From: Eledone cirrhosa
Lineage: Eukaryota
Reading direction: 5' to 3'
Assembly: GCA_964016885.1 (NCBI GenBank)
Contig: OZ024741.1
Coordinates: forward strand, 277,388,001 to 277,452,000
Length of the DNA stretch: 64,000 nt
This document shows, in pieces, positions 1 through 12,917 of the stretch. Position 1 is the stretch's first letter; each line of letters begins with the position of its first letter. The position numbers and the translations under genes are program-made. Under the pieces are notes generated by a model. The model did no database searches and was not told where the DNA came from. It worked only from the letters and a program-made list of their open reading frames with translations.

Positions 1-56
1 ATGTGTATGGTAAACGACTTGGAGTGGTTGATCAGTTTGTCTACCTGGGAAGCACA
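1..56 (+). pseudogene. Fragment of an RTE-like LINE reverse transcriptase, cut by the window edge
   Basis: Frame 3 reads VYGKRLGVVDQFVYLGST, the typical late RT motif (V..F.YLGS) of APE-type LINEs; it runs into (ATAC)n. Confidence 0.5.
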
Positions 57-248
57 TACATATATATACATACATATATACATACATATATACATACATA
101 AATACATATATACTTAGGTTAATAGGAGTTAGGTATTGTATACCCGTGTCCCATTAAGGTATTGGCAGCATAATAATAAGCTCTATGCTTTGGAGCAGAG
201 CCGTATATATGATAAAGAACACAAGAGCGTCTACAACATCAAAAGATT

Positions 249-306
249 TTTATTGGCTTACAATGTTTCTTCCTTACGTAACCGTAGGATTCGTCAGAGC
301 TATAAA
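249..306 (-). ncRNA. Minimal type-I hammerhead ribozyme (PLE pLTR)
   Basis: Minus strand: GCT-CTGACGA-ATCCTACGGTTACGTAAGGAA-GAAAC-ATT-GTA^AGC. Confidence 0.75.
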
Positions 307-911
307 AGGGGTTTGATTGGTGTTATGGACTCTATCAACCAAATATTCAAGAACAAAGAGTAAAGAGAGTAAAGAGCAAAAGCAGGGGACGATAAGTCTA
401 ATTTTGGTGCGGGAGGGTGGGGTGTGGGTCCTTGTTTACTAGCTGTGGTCATATTCATTCCCGGGTGTCGAGTGGTTAGTTGAGCCATAGATGGGGTGGC
501 GTCGATAGTAGGGTGCAGAGGGTGTGCAGAGGCTACACACACGCAAAGGGCATACAATATATATATAACGGAGGAGAAAGTACAAGAGGTAATTAGAAAT
601 GGAAAAAGAGTAATAATAATCTATAATTAATAATGTATAATAAGGCATGGGGAAGATTACACTATAATAAGGTATAAAAGTAAGAATAAGGTAAAATATA
701 AAGGAGGATAAAAGTGAAAATAAGAATAAAGATAAAAAAAATATATATGAAAAAATATATAGAGAATATATAAAGAAATATAAGCAAGTATTAGAAAGGG
801 AAAAACACAATGTAAAAAAAACCGATTTTTTCAAATAAAAATATTATAAATATGGGGGGAGAAAACGGGATAGAGAAATATAATCAAATATGATTAGTTG
901 AAAGAATATAA

Positions 912-2178
912 TTCCAGCTCCAACCACCCCCAAATCAGTCCTAAACGCTATTCCCAGGGTGTCTCTAATAGAATTAGCAGACTGTCCTGTAATGAGAGTA
1001 TCTTCAACTCCAATGCAGAGTATTATGACAAGGCAGAATCTGGTTACGGGAATAGATCATCATATATACATAAGGACTCCCAAACCATGAGTGTGAAACC
1101 TACCAACATAATCACACATAGTATGGCCACAAAGCCTAACCAACTTAGAGGCAAGAATAATAGTAAGAACCCTAATGGCGGTAACCCAGCTAAATGTAAA
1201 CCACGTAGAGACAATACTAGAGTCCCTCACCACAACTCTAAAACAGCAAATGATCATGCCATGAATATAAACCATCCGGGCTTAAGCAAAACAGACAACG
1301 CCACTAACGTTAATAACGGAACCCTACAAAATAGTACGCACAGTAACGAGACTCACCCCACAGATAAGAAAAAAAGAAGAAGGAAAAACATGTATTTTAA
1401 CCCACCTTTTAACTCTGAGGTCCTCACTAACCTCCCCAGAGTATTCTTCTCATTATTAGAAAAAAACTTCCCACCAGGCAATAGATATCGCAACATAATT
1501 AACAAAAACGTGATTAAATTATCCTATTCGACCACACCTAACCTCGCATCACACCTAGCATGCACGAACATTAGGAAAACTAGGGAAGGTTTCGAAGCAA
1601 TCAAAATGGCAGTTAACCACCAGCAACCGACTACACTGGAAAATGGGCAACATAATAGCATCACTGAGCCATCTAATGATATAGAGGCACCTAGTGATAA
1701 TGCTAGTAACCAAAGTTCGGGAGGTACGCTAACTGATCGAACCCGCAGTTGCAATTGTAGGCGGAGTAGTAATTGTCACCTAAGGGGGGCTTGCCTCATG
1801 AAAAACATCGTATATGCATGTGACGTAACCACACACAACTCTACCAAAACATATATAGGATCAACGTCCAATACATTTAAAACTAGATTTAACGCGCATA
1901 TGTACACATTTAGACACGATAGACATAAGAATGCCACCTCACTGGCGGGATACATCTCCTTTTTAAAAAATAATAGTACCCCATACCAACTTTTTTGGAA
2001 GCAGCTTACTAGATCCACGCCATACCGACCGCAGAGTTGGAGTTGTGACCTGTGTTTACTGGAATGCCATGCCATAATACACTCTAAACTGAACCTGCTT
2101 AACAGGAAATCGGAAATTTTCTCCTCTTGCCAACACAAAATCCTGAGTTCCTTCTTCTATTTTAAACCTAGCACATAG
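912..2178 (+). pseudogene. PLE RT thumb, linker and GIY-YIG endonuclease (5'-truncated, reading frame still open)
   Basis: SNHP..., YFNPPFN, IKLSYSTTPNL, CNCR..CHLRGACLMKNIVY..TYIGST..FKTR..H, CDLCLLE, LLNRKSEIFSSCQH. Confidence 0.9.
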
Positions 2179-2308
2179 ACGTAACATATATTACGCAACC
2201 CCCACCTAGACATACCCCTCCTTGACTATAGCTTCCCCCAACCCATAACCCAGATAGATAGGTAGCCTAAGGGTGGAACAGTCCCCTACAAGGTTTGTAT
2301 TTGTGTGT

Positions 2309-2344
<36 letters not shown>

Positions 2345-2357
2345 TCTCCTTTTCTAT

Positions 2358-2388
<31 letters not shown>

Positions 2389-4263
2389 GTATATAGGTGT
2401 GTGTACGTGTGTGCATGCATGCATGCATGTGTATGTGTATTGTATACATGTATATTGTATATATATATATGTATATTGTATACATGTGTATTATATTGTG
2501 TGTATGTGTATATGTGATATGTATGTGTATATATATATGTATGTGTATATGTGTGTGTAAGATATGTATATATGTGTGTATGTATGTATATTTTTTCTGT
2601 AGAAGTCTTCTCTATATTTGGTGTTTGGCTTGAATTCCTCCTATAATACTCTTCTTTGAGAGGAGCACGATATGTAGAGTAATACATGTATTGTCGCAGT
2701 TGCAACTGAGAACCACCACCCCTCCTGCTGACCCAAATGTTTACTGAGGACCAGAACACCATTCTCCACAATATAAGAGAGGAATGCGCTTGCCGGACTA
2801 TTGATGACCATAACATCACATTCCAAGGTAATGGCAAAACACAGTGAATGGTATACACGACCAGAACACCACAACATGCACATCGGAGCAACAGAGATAT
2901 AATATCAATAAGCGAATCAATTGAATTTTCTGAATTGAAATACATATAAATATGTGTCTGTGTGTATCGGACACACGTACACATGAAGAAACTGCTGACC
3001 TAAATGTACCTGTCATGCCTGTCTGAATTCCTAAGAGAATTTTCGGTCAGTTACTATCTTGACCGATTACCCTCACAATTACTACGTAGCAGTTCTTGCA
3101 CGTGACTGCTAGACCCGGATGAAACGAAGACGAAGAATTTCCTTGCGTATCGTTTTGTACCACAGATGCGATCTCACTCTGCCTCATTAATGTTCAATCA
3201 ACACCAAAGTTCTACGTTCTGAGCAATAGAATTGAATCCAACCACCGACAACATAGTTGGATGACCGATAATCACACCAAACCGGAGTACTGTGATCCTT
3301 GTGATTTCGAGATATACAACCACTGACACTGTTACGAAGACCAGAAAACCATACTCCATAATATTGAACCAAGTGATTGATTTGTGCGACCAAAATAACA
3401 CCACACACATATTGAACTAGGAATATTGGATCCTCCGTCAATGTCTGGGTGAGCAAAAATAGATTTCTATCTGCATTGGAATTTGCGAACTTGTGCATCT
3501 GCTGTGGTGTCAAAAACAAACGCACATGACCGCACAGATGAACAATGGACTATGCCACGTGGGTTGAACCTGCAAGTGAATTGAAGGATGTGTAACTATG
3601 ATATACAGATTATTTATTATTAAGATGTATAAACTTGACATAACTATTATCATCTTATATTCTTTCAACTAATCACATTTGATTATATTTCTCTATCCCG
3701 TTTTCTCCCCCCATATTTATAATATTTTTATTTGAAAAAATCGGTTTTTTTTACATTGTGTTTTTCCCTTTCTAATACTTGCTTATATTTCTTTATATAT
3801 TCTCTATATATTTTTTTATATATATTTTTTTATCTTTATTCTTATTTTCACTTTTATCCTCCTTTATATTTTACCTTATTCTTACTTTTATACCTTATTA
3901 TAGTGTAATCTTCCCCATGCCTTATTATACATTATTAATTATAGATTATTATTATTACTCTTTTTCCATTTCTAATTACTTCTTGTAATTTCTCCTCCGT
4001 TATATATATATATTGTATGCCCTTTGTGTGTGTGTAGCCTCTGCACACCCTCTGCACCCTACTATCGACGCCACCCCATCTATGGCTCAACTAACCACTC
4101 GACTCCCGGAAATGAATATGACCACAGCTAGTAAACAAGGACCCACACCCCACCCTCCCGCACCAAAATTAGACTTATCGTCCCCTGCTTTTGCTCTTTA
4201 CTCTCTTTACTCTTTGTTCTTGAATGTTTGGTTGATAGAGTCCATAACACCAATCAAACCCCC

Positions 4264-4322
4264 TTTTATAACTCTGACGAATCCTACGGCTACGTAAGGA
4301 AGAAACATTGTAAGCCAATAAA
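4264..4322 (+). ncRNA. Minimal type-I hammerhead ribozyme (PLE pLTR)
   Basis: CTGACGA 4274-4280, stem II TCC-TACG/CGTA-A-GGA, GAAAC 4302-4306, GTA cleavage triplet 4310-4312. Confidence 0.7.
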
Positions 4323-4364
4323 AATCTTTTGATGTTGTAGACGCTCTTGTGTTCTTTATCATAA

Positions 4365-4444
<80 letters not shown>

Positions 4445-4611
4445 GTGGAGAAATATATATAAAGGAGAAGAAACCGTTAAAACATGTTTATTTATATATA
4501 TATATATATACATGATAGCTGCTATTTCTATGTCCCCGCGCATATACATACACATACACCCATATATATACACATATACATACATATGTACATGTGTATA
4601 TACAGATTTAC

Positions 4612-4810
4612 ACACTTTCGGATGGCCGTTGACTCTTATGAGTTCTTCCGCCCTTTGTCAGGTTTTGTTTTTTGTCCTGCAGGGTGTCCAAAATCACCCT
4701 ATTCACCAAGTAAACTTAGTGGGGTTGCCGGTTTAGTCGCCGACGACGCGGCCATGCAACATGTTGTACTGGGTTACATGTTACCAGTAGCACTCAAGAG
4801 TGACCCGACA
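4612..4810 (-). mobile_element. 5' segment of an RTE-associated non-autonomous repeat family linked to (TATG)n
   Basis: The same sequence recurs at about 6190-6380 and 62860-63055; its start recurs at about 42340-42375. Confidence 0.6.
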
Positions 4811-4962
4811 TACATACATACATTCATTCATACATACATACATACATTCATACATACATACATACATACATTCATACATACATACATACATACATGATGG
4901 CTGCCCCCTCGTTATCGAGTATGGCCATTGCACAATAAAAAAAAAAAAAAAAAAAAAAAAAA

Positions 4963-5016
<54 letters not shown>

Positions 5017-5051
5017 AATAAATAAATAAAAAAAAAAAAAAAAAAAAAAAA

Positions 5052-5088
<37 letters not shown>

Positions 5089-5210
5089 TATACATACATA
5101 TATATATACACATACATATACACACACACATACATACACATACATACATATATACACACACACATACATACACATACACTCACACATATATACACACATA
5201 CATTAATAAC

Positions 5211-5250
<40 letters not shown>

Positions 5251-5329
5251 GCAATAATAATAATAACGACAACAACAATAATAATATACATATTCATATA
5301 TATATACACACACACGCACGCACATAAGC

Positions 5330-5371
<42 letters not shown>

Positions 5372-5377
5372 GATAGC

Positions 5378-5610
5378 AACTAACAGTGCTGCGATCGAAT
5401 GTGGCTTTTTAGCCCAGCCAATGATCCAAAATGTCTTGCACAGAGTCGGCAACCAAAACATTTACTGGGAATAGTCGGCTGTGGTTGGAGTTCGTGTACT
5501 TTTGCATGTCGCTTGAGTCCTCCTGCTGATTTACATTCTCTACCACATGTTTGGCAAGCATGATGAGTAGCATCTCCAACAGCAGCCTGGTAGTCAACCA
5601 CTGGTCTTAC
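5378..5610 (-). pseudogene. C-terminal C2H2 zinc-finger end of an RTE-like LINE
   Basis: CQTCGRECKSAGGLKRHAKVH...CRLCARHFGSLAGLKSHIRSQH; homologous to 40346-40639, which is contiguous with an RTE C-terminus; bounded by microsatellites. Confidence 0.6.
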
Positions 5611-5638
5611 TTACATACATACATACATACATACATAC

Positions 5639-5669
<31 letters not shown>

Positions 5670-5777
5670 CATACATACATACATACATACATACATACAT
5701 ACATACTAACATACATACATATATTCATACAAACATACATACAAACATGCACACATACATACGTACATACATACAAA

Positions 5778-6380
5778 CATGGTGGCTGCCAACTCGTTTT
5801 CGAGTACAGCCACTACTTTATATCCATGTAGGAGAACCCCTACCGATACGCTGAACGAGTGTGACTTTCCAGTCCAGCCAGCGACTTGAAAACTCTGGTA
5901 CAAACACTACACTTGTGACAATTATTGACACATAGTGCTGGGCCCATGGTACTATGTGATGACAAGTGCAGAGAGAGCTCCAGATATAAAGCAATGCCTG
6001 TGCCGTGAAGCTTTTATAGTGAGCAAAGGCACTGCACAAAGCCAGTCCCACTCTCTTAACCAAGATGATATTTACCAAAAAGAAGAACAAGTCAACATCA
6101 TTGGATACCATCAGGGTTGCAGGTGTTATATCAGAGTTTTCCTTCTCCTAGAATTCTGCCTTGACAAAGGCTAAGGGGTCATCTCTCCCGGTGATTTTGG
6201 ATGCCCATTGACTCTTAAGAGCTCCTTTGCCCTTTGACAGGTTTTGTTTTTAGTCCTGCAGGATGTCCAAAGTCACCCTCCTCACCAAGAAACCATGGTG
6301 GGGTTGCCAGTTTAGTCGCCAACGACCCGACCATGGGATATGTTGTACTGGGATACATGTTACCAGTAGCACCTGACATG
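5778..6380 (-). mobile_element. Bipartite RTE-derived non-autonomous element (5' UTR part plus 3' zinc-finger end, (TATG)n tail)
   Basis: 3' part (CSVCTRVFKSLAGLKSH...ELAAT) recurs at 29243-29407; 5' part recurs at 31610-31960, 42008-42375 and 62600-63055. Confidence 0.6.
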
Positions 6381-6914
6381 CACATACACATACATACATA
6401 CATACATACATACAAACATGCACACATACATACATACATACATACATACATACATACATACATACATACATACATACATACATACATTCACACATACATA
6501 CATACATACATACATACATAAATACATTCACACATACATACATACATACATACATACATACATACATACATACATACATACATACATACATACATACATA
6601 CATACACACATTCACACATAGATACATACATACATACATACATACATACATACATACATACATACATACACACATTCACACATACATACATACATACATA
6701 CATACATACATACATACATACACACATACACACATTCACACATACATACATACATACATACATACATACATACATACATACATACATACATACATACATA
6801 CATACATACATACATACATTCACACATACATACATGCATACATACATACATACATACATACATACATACATACATACATACATACATACATACATACATA
6901 CATACATACATACA
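6380..6914. repeat. (CATA)n microsatellite
   Basis: Direct reading. Confidence 0.98.
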
Positions 6915-6984
6915 ACGTATTCAATGAACTCTTTTCCATCTATGAACCATTAATAACCATATTTCTCTTAACATTCTTTAATAT

Positions 6985-7746
6985 CATCATCACCATCATC
7001 CTCATCCTCATCCCCATCGTCATCATCACCACCACCATCGCCGCCATTGTCCTCATCATCATCACCACCACCATCGCCGCCATCGCCATCATCACCACCA
7101 CCATCGCCGCCATCGCCATCATCATCATCACCATCGCCGCCATTGCCCTCATCATCATCACCACCACCATCGCAGTCATCGCCATCATCACCACCACCAT
7201 CGCCGCCATCGTCATCATCACCATCGCCGCCATCGTCATCATCGTCATCACCACCACCATCACCGTCATCGCCATTTTCATCATTTTCATCATCGTCATC
7301 ATCACCACCACCATCGCCGCCATCGTCATCATCACCACCACCATCGCCGTCATTGTCATCATCACCACCACCATCGCCGCCATCGTCATCATCACCACCA
7401 CCATCGCCGCCATTGTCATCATCACCACCACCATCGCCGTCATTGTCATCATCACCACCACCATCGCCGTCATTGTCATCATCACCACCACCATCGCCGT
7501 CATTGTCATCATCACCACCACCATCGCCGTCATCGCCATCATCACCACCACCATCGCCGCCATTGTCCTCATCATCATCACCACCATCGCCGTCATCGTC
7601 ATCATCACCATCACCATCGCCGCCATTCTCATCATCACCACCACCATCGCCGCCATTGTCATCATCGTCATCACCACCACCATCACCGTCATCGCCATTT
7701 TCATCATTTTCATCATCATCATCATCATCACCACCATCGTCATCAT
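6985..7746. repeat. Trinucleotide-derived minisatellite, unit about 30 bp (CCATCGCCGYCATTGTCATCATCACCACCA)
   Basis: Direct reading; it produces the spurious Ser/Pro and Met/Val ORFs. Confidence 0.9.
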
Positions 7747-7790
7747 ACGTATGTATTTTGATGTTTCCGCCTCACTAAGAAACTTCGTAG

Positions 7791-8011
7791 CAGGCGATGG
7801 AATGGCAGAATCAGTAGAGTGTCGGATACCCTGCCTCGTGGCATAGAGTTACGGCCCTTTGTATTCTGAGTTCAAATCCCGTCGAGGTTAACTTTGCCTT
7901 TCATCCTTACGGGATCGATGAAATAAAGTACCAGTCACGCACTGGGGTCGATTTAATCACTCTTTCCCCTCCCACAAAATTGCTGTCCTTGTGCCTAAAG
8001 TAGAAATAATT
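7791..8011 (+). mobile_element. tRNA-derived SINE (dominant family of the window)
   Basis: A box TGGCAGAATCAG, B box GAGTTCAAATCCC, central GGTTAACTTTGCCTTTCATCCTTACGGGGTCGATAAAATAAAGTACCAGT, tail TTGTGCCTAAAGTAGAAA. More than 20 full or partial copies in the window. Confidence 0.85.
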
Positions 8012-8211
8012 ATCTTTTCTTACTAGCATAATTGATTTTTACTATTGGAGGAAGAAAAGTCGATTATATCGACCCTAGTATGTGACTGGTACTATTTATT
8101 GACTCTGGGAGGAGGGAAGGCAGAGTTGACCTCTGCAGGGTCTGAACTCTGTGTGTAGAGACGTTAGACTTTTACCTTTTAACATTGAAAGAAGAGAATT
8201 GTTACTTCTAG

Positions 8212-8276
8212 AATGAAATCACCGAAGAAATACCTGCGGAGAATTTCGGTGATGCCCTGGAAATATATAATGTATG
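8212..8276 (+). CDS. Candidate 65-nt internal host exon (NEITEEIPAENFGDALEIYNVW)
   Basis: ttgttacttctag| acceptor, |gtgagt donor, open frame, sequence not repeated elsewhere in the window. Confidence 0.35.
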
Positions 8277-8373
8277 GTGAGTGAGCAGAAATATAGAGTG
8301 TTCTGACACAACTAGTGGGTTCTCACTTGTTCGTGGCTGGGAAACCCTGAATCATTTTGTTATGCTTTATGTG

Positions 8374-8584
8374 AATTGGCAGTATCGGTAGAGCGTCGGA
8401 CACCATACTTTGCAGCGTATAGTTACGGACGTTTACGTTCTACGTTCAAATCCCGATGAGGTTAACTTTACCTTTCATTCTTACAGGGTTAATAAAATAA
8501 AGTACCAGTAATGCACTGGCATTGACTTAATTGACTTTCCCTTCCCCAAAAATTGTTGGCTGGGAGGTGGTGGTGGTGGTAATT

Positions 8585-8648
<64 letters not shown>

Positions 8649-9003
8649 TAGTGCTAGACATGGAAAGTGAGTTTTTCTACAAGTTTGCAATATATTTTAG
8701 CCCCTTCCCCCTTTTTACACGTCTTTCATTTAAACCTACATTGTACCTTATTGTACTGCCCTTGATGTGCTTTTTGTAAACTTGATGTAGTTAATAAAGA
8801 AATCATCATCATCATCGTGGATCGGCAGTATCGGTAGAGGGTCGGACGCCATGCTTTCCAGTATAGAGTTGCGTCTCTTTATGGTCTGAGTTCAAATCCC
8901 GCGGGGGTTAACTTTGCCTTTCATCCTTACAGGTTCGATAAAATAAAGTACCAGTAATGTACTGGTAAATTGCTGGCCTTGTGCCATTAGTAGAAACAAT
9001 TAT
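8374..9003 (+). mobile_element. Two more SINE copies (8374-8560, 8817-9003) separated by (GTA)n
   Basis: Same A/B boxes and central domain as 7791-8011. Confidence 0.8.
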
Positions 9004-9178
9004 TACTGCTACTACTACTACTACTACTACTACCACTACCACCACCACTACTACTGCTACAACAACAACAACTACTACTACTACTACTATTACAACAACA
9101 ACTACTACTATTACTACTACCACCACCACCATCACTGCTACTACTACAACAATAGCTACTACTACTACTACAACAACA

Positions 9179-9216
<38 letters not shown>

Positions 9217-9275
9217 AACAACTACTACTACCACCACCACCACCACCACCATCACTGCTACTACTACAACAACAG

Positions 9276-9306
<31 letters not shown>

Positions 9307-9331
9307 AACTACTACTACTACTACTACTATT
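9003..9331. repeat. (ACT/ACA/ACC)n compound trinucleotide repeat
   Basis: Direct reading. Confidence 0.95.
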
Positions 9332-9444
9332 CTATTACCATTTATGCATTTCACTTCCTTCAACCTATACAGTTATTTTCAATTTTGGCCTTAGCTCGAA
9401 CTGCCTTCGGATAGTTCTCCACTTCAGAAGACTTATCCATTCTG

Positions 9445-9557
<113 letters not shown>

Positions 9558-9558
9558 C

Positions 9559-12034
9559 TTGTGGGCCTCTTTCTTCTATTTAACATAAATGCTTCTTTTC
9601 CCCACCTTAAAGGTGGTTTATATCGAGATGACTGTCTTCTTCTTTCCAATAACCTTAGCCTATCAGAAATTGAAAAAAATAAAAAACTTATTAGAACTTT
9701 CCTCAAAGACTATTATAGTCTCACTATTACATTTGAAAACACCAGTAAAGTAGTTAATTTCCTTGATATAACTTTAGACTTATCTACGGGTATCTACCAA
9801 CCTTACCATAAACCTAACCAAAACTTACATTACATACACTCACAATCCAATCACCCTAGATCTATCCTTAAAACCCTGGCATATAATATCTCACTCAGAA
9901 TTTCTAACCTTTCATCTAACCAGGATATATTCGATAAAAATGCGACCTTTTATAACGAAGCTTTAGCTAGAAGCGGCCACAAAAACAAATTAGTCTATAT
10001 ACCTTGTACCAATAATACTACAAACATACAACCCAATATTACCAACAAACATCAAAAGAAAAATACACACCTAAATGCCACTCACACTATACCCAAAAAT
10101 ACCAACTTAAAACTTAATTTCTCTACCTCTTCTCACATACAATATAATAACTTTCAAAAAACCATTCATCCTAATACTCCAATATATGTTAATAACATTA
10201 CTAACAAAATTCCTAATAATCAGACTAAAATACCTAAATCAGTGAATCTAACTAAACATATGTATAATAAATTCACTAATACTAACTCTCTTTGTAAACA
10301 TCATGATACATCGTATAAATATAAAAATCAGCATCGAAACCGTAATAGACGAGTTACTTAGTATAATGCTCCATGTAATCTACAAATTAAAGATAATATC
10401 CCTAAAATATTTTTTAATATCCTAGAGAAAAACTTCCCGCCAAACCATAAATACCATCAAATTTTAAATAGATCAACGGTCAAATTTTCCTACTCCACTA
10501 CCAAAAATATACAACAAAATATAAGTGCCTACAATGCATATAAATGTAAAAAAAACCATGAATATACCACCAACACATCAAACTAACCATAATACTCAAA
10601 TAAACCGCAGCAAACCACCATCTCCTTCACATACAACAAGTCGAGTAAATTCCACACCTAATTTGACTAACTCCCCTGATATAATATTCACGAATGGTTG
10701 TAACTGTAGAAACAAAGCAAATTGTCCATTAAAAGGAAATTGCCTTATTAATAACATAGTATATAAATGTAAAATTAGCACTAAGGACTCAACTTATTCA
10801 TATATAGGAGCTACTTCTAACCAATTTAAAGTAAGATTTAATACCCACAAACACAGTTTTAAAAATGCCGCATTAGCTAATACAACATCCTTGGCTGAAA
10901 TAATTAATAATTATAGAAAAAAGAATATCGATTATAACCTGACCTGGAGTGTGCTCAAAAGGGCCACCCCTTATCAAAATAACAGATATGAGTGTAGATT
11001 ATGTTCCCAGGAACTTTTTGAAATAATGAAATCTAAGGATATCCTATTAAATAAGCGACAAGAATTAATTATATCGTGCAATCATAGAATTAGAAGAATT
11101 TTCAAATATTATAAACCTAATTAATATACACTTTTATTTTACAAATTATTATAATTAGTTTTTTGGGTTTTTTTTTATTTAGTTAACCTATAATTAGTAT
11201 TTTACTACTGAGAACTTCATAATTTTATTTCCCTTTTACAGCTATCTTTTCCTAAAATTAATACCTATAAGTATACATATAAACTATTTTAATTTCCTGT
11301 TATGAATCTAAATTCCTTGTAGTCTATATAAGTTTGTTATTTCTCACTAAAACATTTATCCCCCAAAAAATTTGTTTCCTTCGTTTTTAACAAAACTCTT
11401 TAATAACATCTAACTCTTATTTATCACATCTATATGAATTAATATAAATTTATCCCTATAAGTATACCTATCAATTAAATTAATTTAATTTTTTTTTATA
11501 GATCTAAATTCCTTATGTTTTTAATAAGATTGGTATTTCTCACTAGCACATTTATCCTAACATTTTATTCTCCTTCGATTTTAACATTAGCATTATTCTT
11601 TAATAACATTAAATGTTCGTGTACCTTTCACCGGCTTGACCTCTTTTCATCCCAAAGTAATCTTTTCATTCAAAGTATTATTTCCATTCAAAACTGAAGT
11701 CTGCATTCCTCTTCCCCTAAATTAAATTTCTACTACTACTATTCTATCAACTTGACCACTTACTACTCTTCTATTAGTCAATTCAAAACCTGTTCCCAAA
11801 CAGACCTATTATATTAGATCTTTGTTGGTGTTTTTCAATAAACAAATATCATTATTTCTGAAGACAGCATATATTTGTGTAGGTATGTATATTCCCTCTG
11901 ATAGTTTGTAAAATGTTTACATAGATCTATATGATATACATACCAACACACACATATATATCCTAGAAACGATCGTAAAATGATGAATTTTTTATAAGGA
12001 ACTGTTTCTTTGTTTTTATTCATTGTTTTTATTA

Positions 12035-12035
<1 letters not shown>
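9559..12035 (+). mobile_element. 5'-truncated PLE (Nematis-type): RT C-terminal half, GIY-YIG and a 0.9-kb 3' UTR with hammerhead
   Basis: GGLYRDD, VNFLDITLDL, YQPYHKPN, SNHP; stop at 10359 and frameshift near 10550; CNCRNKANCPLKGNCL..IVYKC..YIGAT (ends 11124); (TA)n on both sides. Confidence 0.9.
11850..11985 (+). ncRNA. Type-I hammerhead ribozyme with a stem II of about 100 nt
   Basis: CATTATTT-CTGAAGA-[GGTATGTATAT...ATATACATACC]-GAAAC-GATC-GTA^AAATGATG; 8-bp stem I, palindromic stem III ACGATCGT. Confidence 0.75.
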
Positions 12036-12082
<47 letters not shown>

Positions 12083-12088
<6 letters not shown>

Positions 12089-12917
12089 ATACTTTGGGAG
12101 GGTCATGTTGCCAATAAGAAACACACGCACCAGTTGCTTTCACTTCAATTTATTATAATAAATTTAGGAATTTATAAATTTCCGGTTGGTTGGTTGGTTC
12201 CACAACCAGATGATTGTTTATATATTGTCAAAGTTCTTTCGTCACACATTCTGTGACCTCTTCAGTGACTGGGGATTCTTTTCTTTGTTTTTTGTGCCTC
12301 TCCTTTGTTCTGTCCTACGCCATCTTGTTTTTGTGTGTGTGTTGTGTGCTTAGTTTGCGCATGTGTTACATCCGGGTGTCTGTGTGTGTTTATATTCGTT
12401 TATTTATTTGTTTATTTACATGTTACTGGTTGGTTGTTTGTTCTATGTGCGTGTATGTTTTCATTTTGTCCTTAATTGTAAGTCGTGATGTTGGTGTTCC
12501 ACTCATGTTTTCTATTTAATTTTGGTTGTAATTCATTTATGTTTATTGCCTCTGTGATTTGTCTAAACATTGCGTCTTTTCTGTGTGTAGATTCTATTTT
12601 TATTTCTATGTTCTCTAATTTACCCTTATGTTCTATTTTAGCATGTTGGTAGAGTACAGATGATTCTTTACTATCTTGAAGGTCTCGCCAGTGTTCATTT
12701 ATCCGTTCCCCTATACTACGAGCTGTCTCACCTATGTACACTATATTTTTATCTCTACATTGTCCATCAGTACATCTTATGTTATATACTACATTTCTAG
12801 TTTTACAGTTAATATGGGGGCTTAATTTACAGATTATACATTTCTTATCTATACAGGGAGGTCTTTGAAAAGGGTATGTCTTGCTAATAAGTGTCCATAA
12901 AAACACTTATTAGCAAG
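12083..12917 (-). mobile_element. 5'-truncated PLE (Neptune-type GIY-YIG, 12472-12895) with hammerhead
   Basis: CIDKKCIIC..CKTRNVVYNIRC..C..YIGETAR..ERINEH..RQITEAI..PKLNRKHEW; the 3' end abuts (TA)n. Confidence 0.88.
12227..12269 (-). ncRNA. Minimal type-I hammerhead ribozyme
   Basis: GTCA-CTGAAGA-GGTCACAGAATGTGTGAC-GAAAG-AA-CTT^TGAC. Confidence 0.75.

Larger units (their letters stand above)
116..4363 (+). mobile_element. 5'-truncated Penelope-like element (Nematis-type) with an inverted copy of its 3' end
   Basis: 208-911 is a near-identical reverse complement of 3655-4363. GIY-YIG coding sequence starts right at the inversion junction. Both arms carry a hammerhead. Flanks are (TA)n/(ATAC)n. 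Confidence 0.85.

Noticed and set aside
5380-5601. Host C2H2 zinc-finger gene
   Set aside because: No TGEKP linkers; the homologue at 40346-40639 is contiguous with an RTE C-terminus and a (TATG)n tail.
6940-7778. Extensin-like Ser/Pro ORF and Met/Val ORF
   Set aside because: A trinucleotide minisatellite is open in several frames; no splice or domain evidence.
7791-7890. tRNA genes
   Set aside because: The A/B boxes belong to SINE heads followed by the SINE body; no cloverleaf.
8908-9394. Mucin-like poly-Thr ORF
   Set aside because: (ACT)n repeat extending from a SINE tail.
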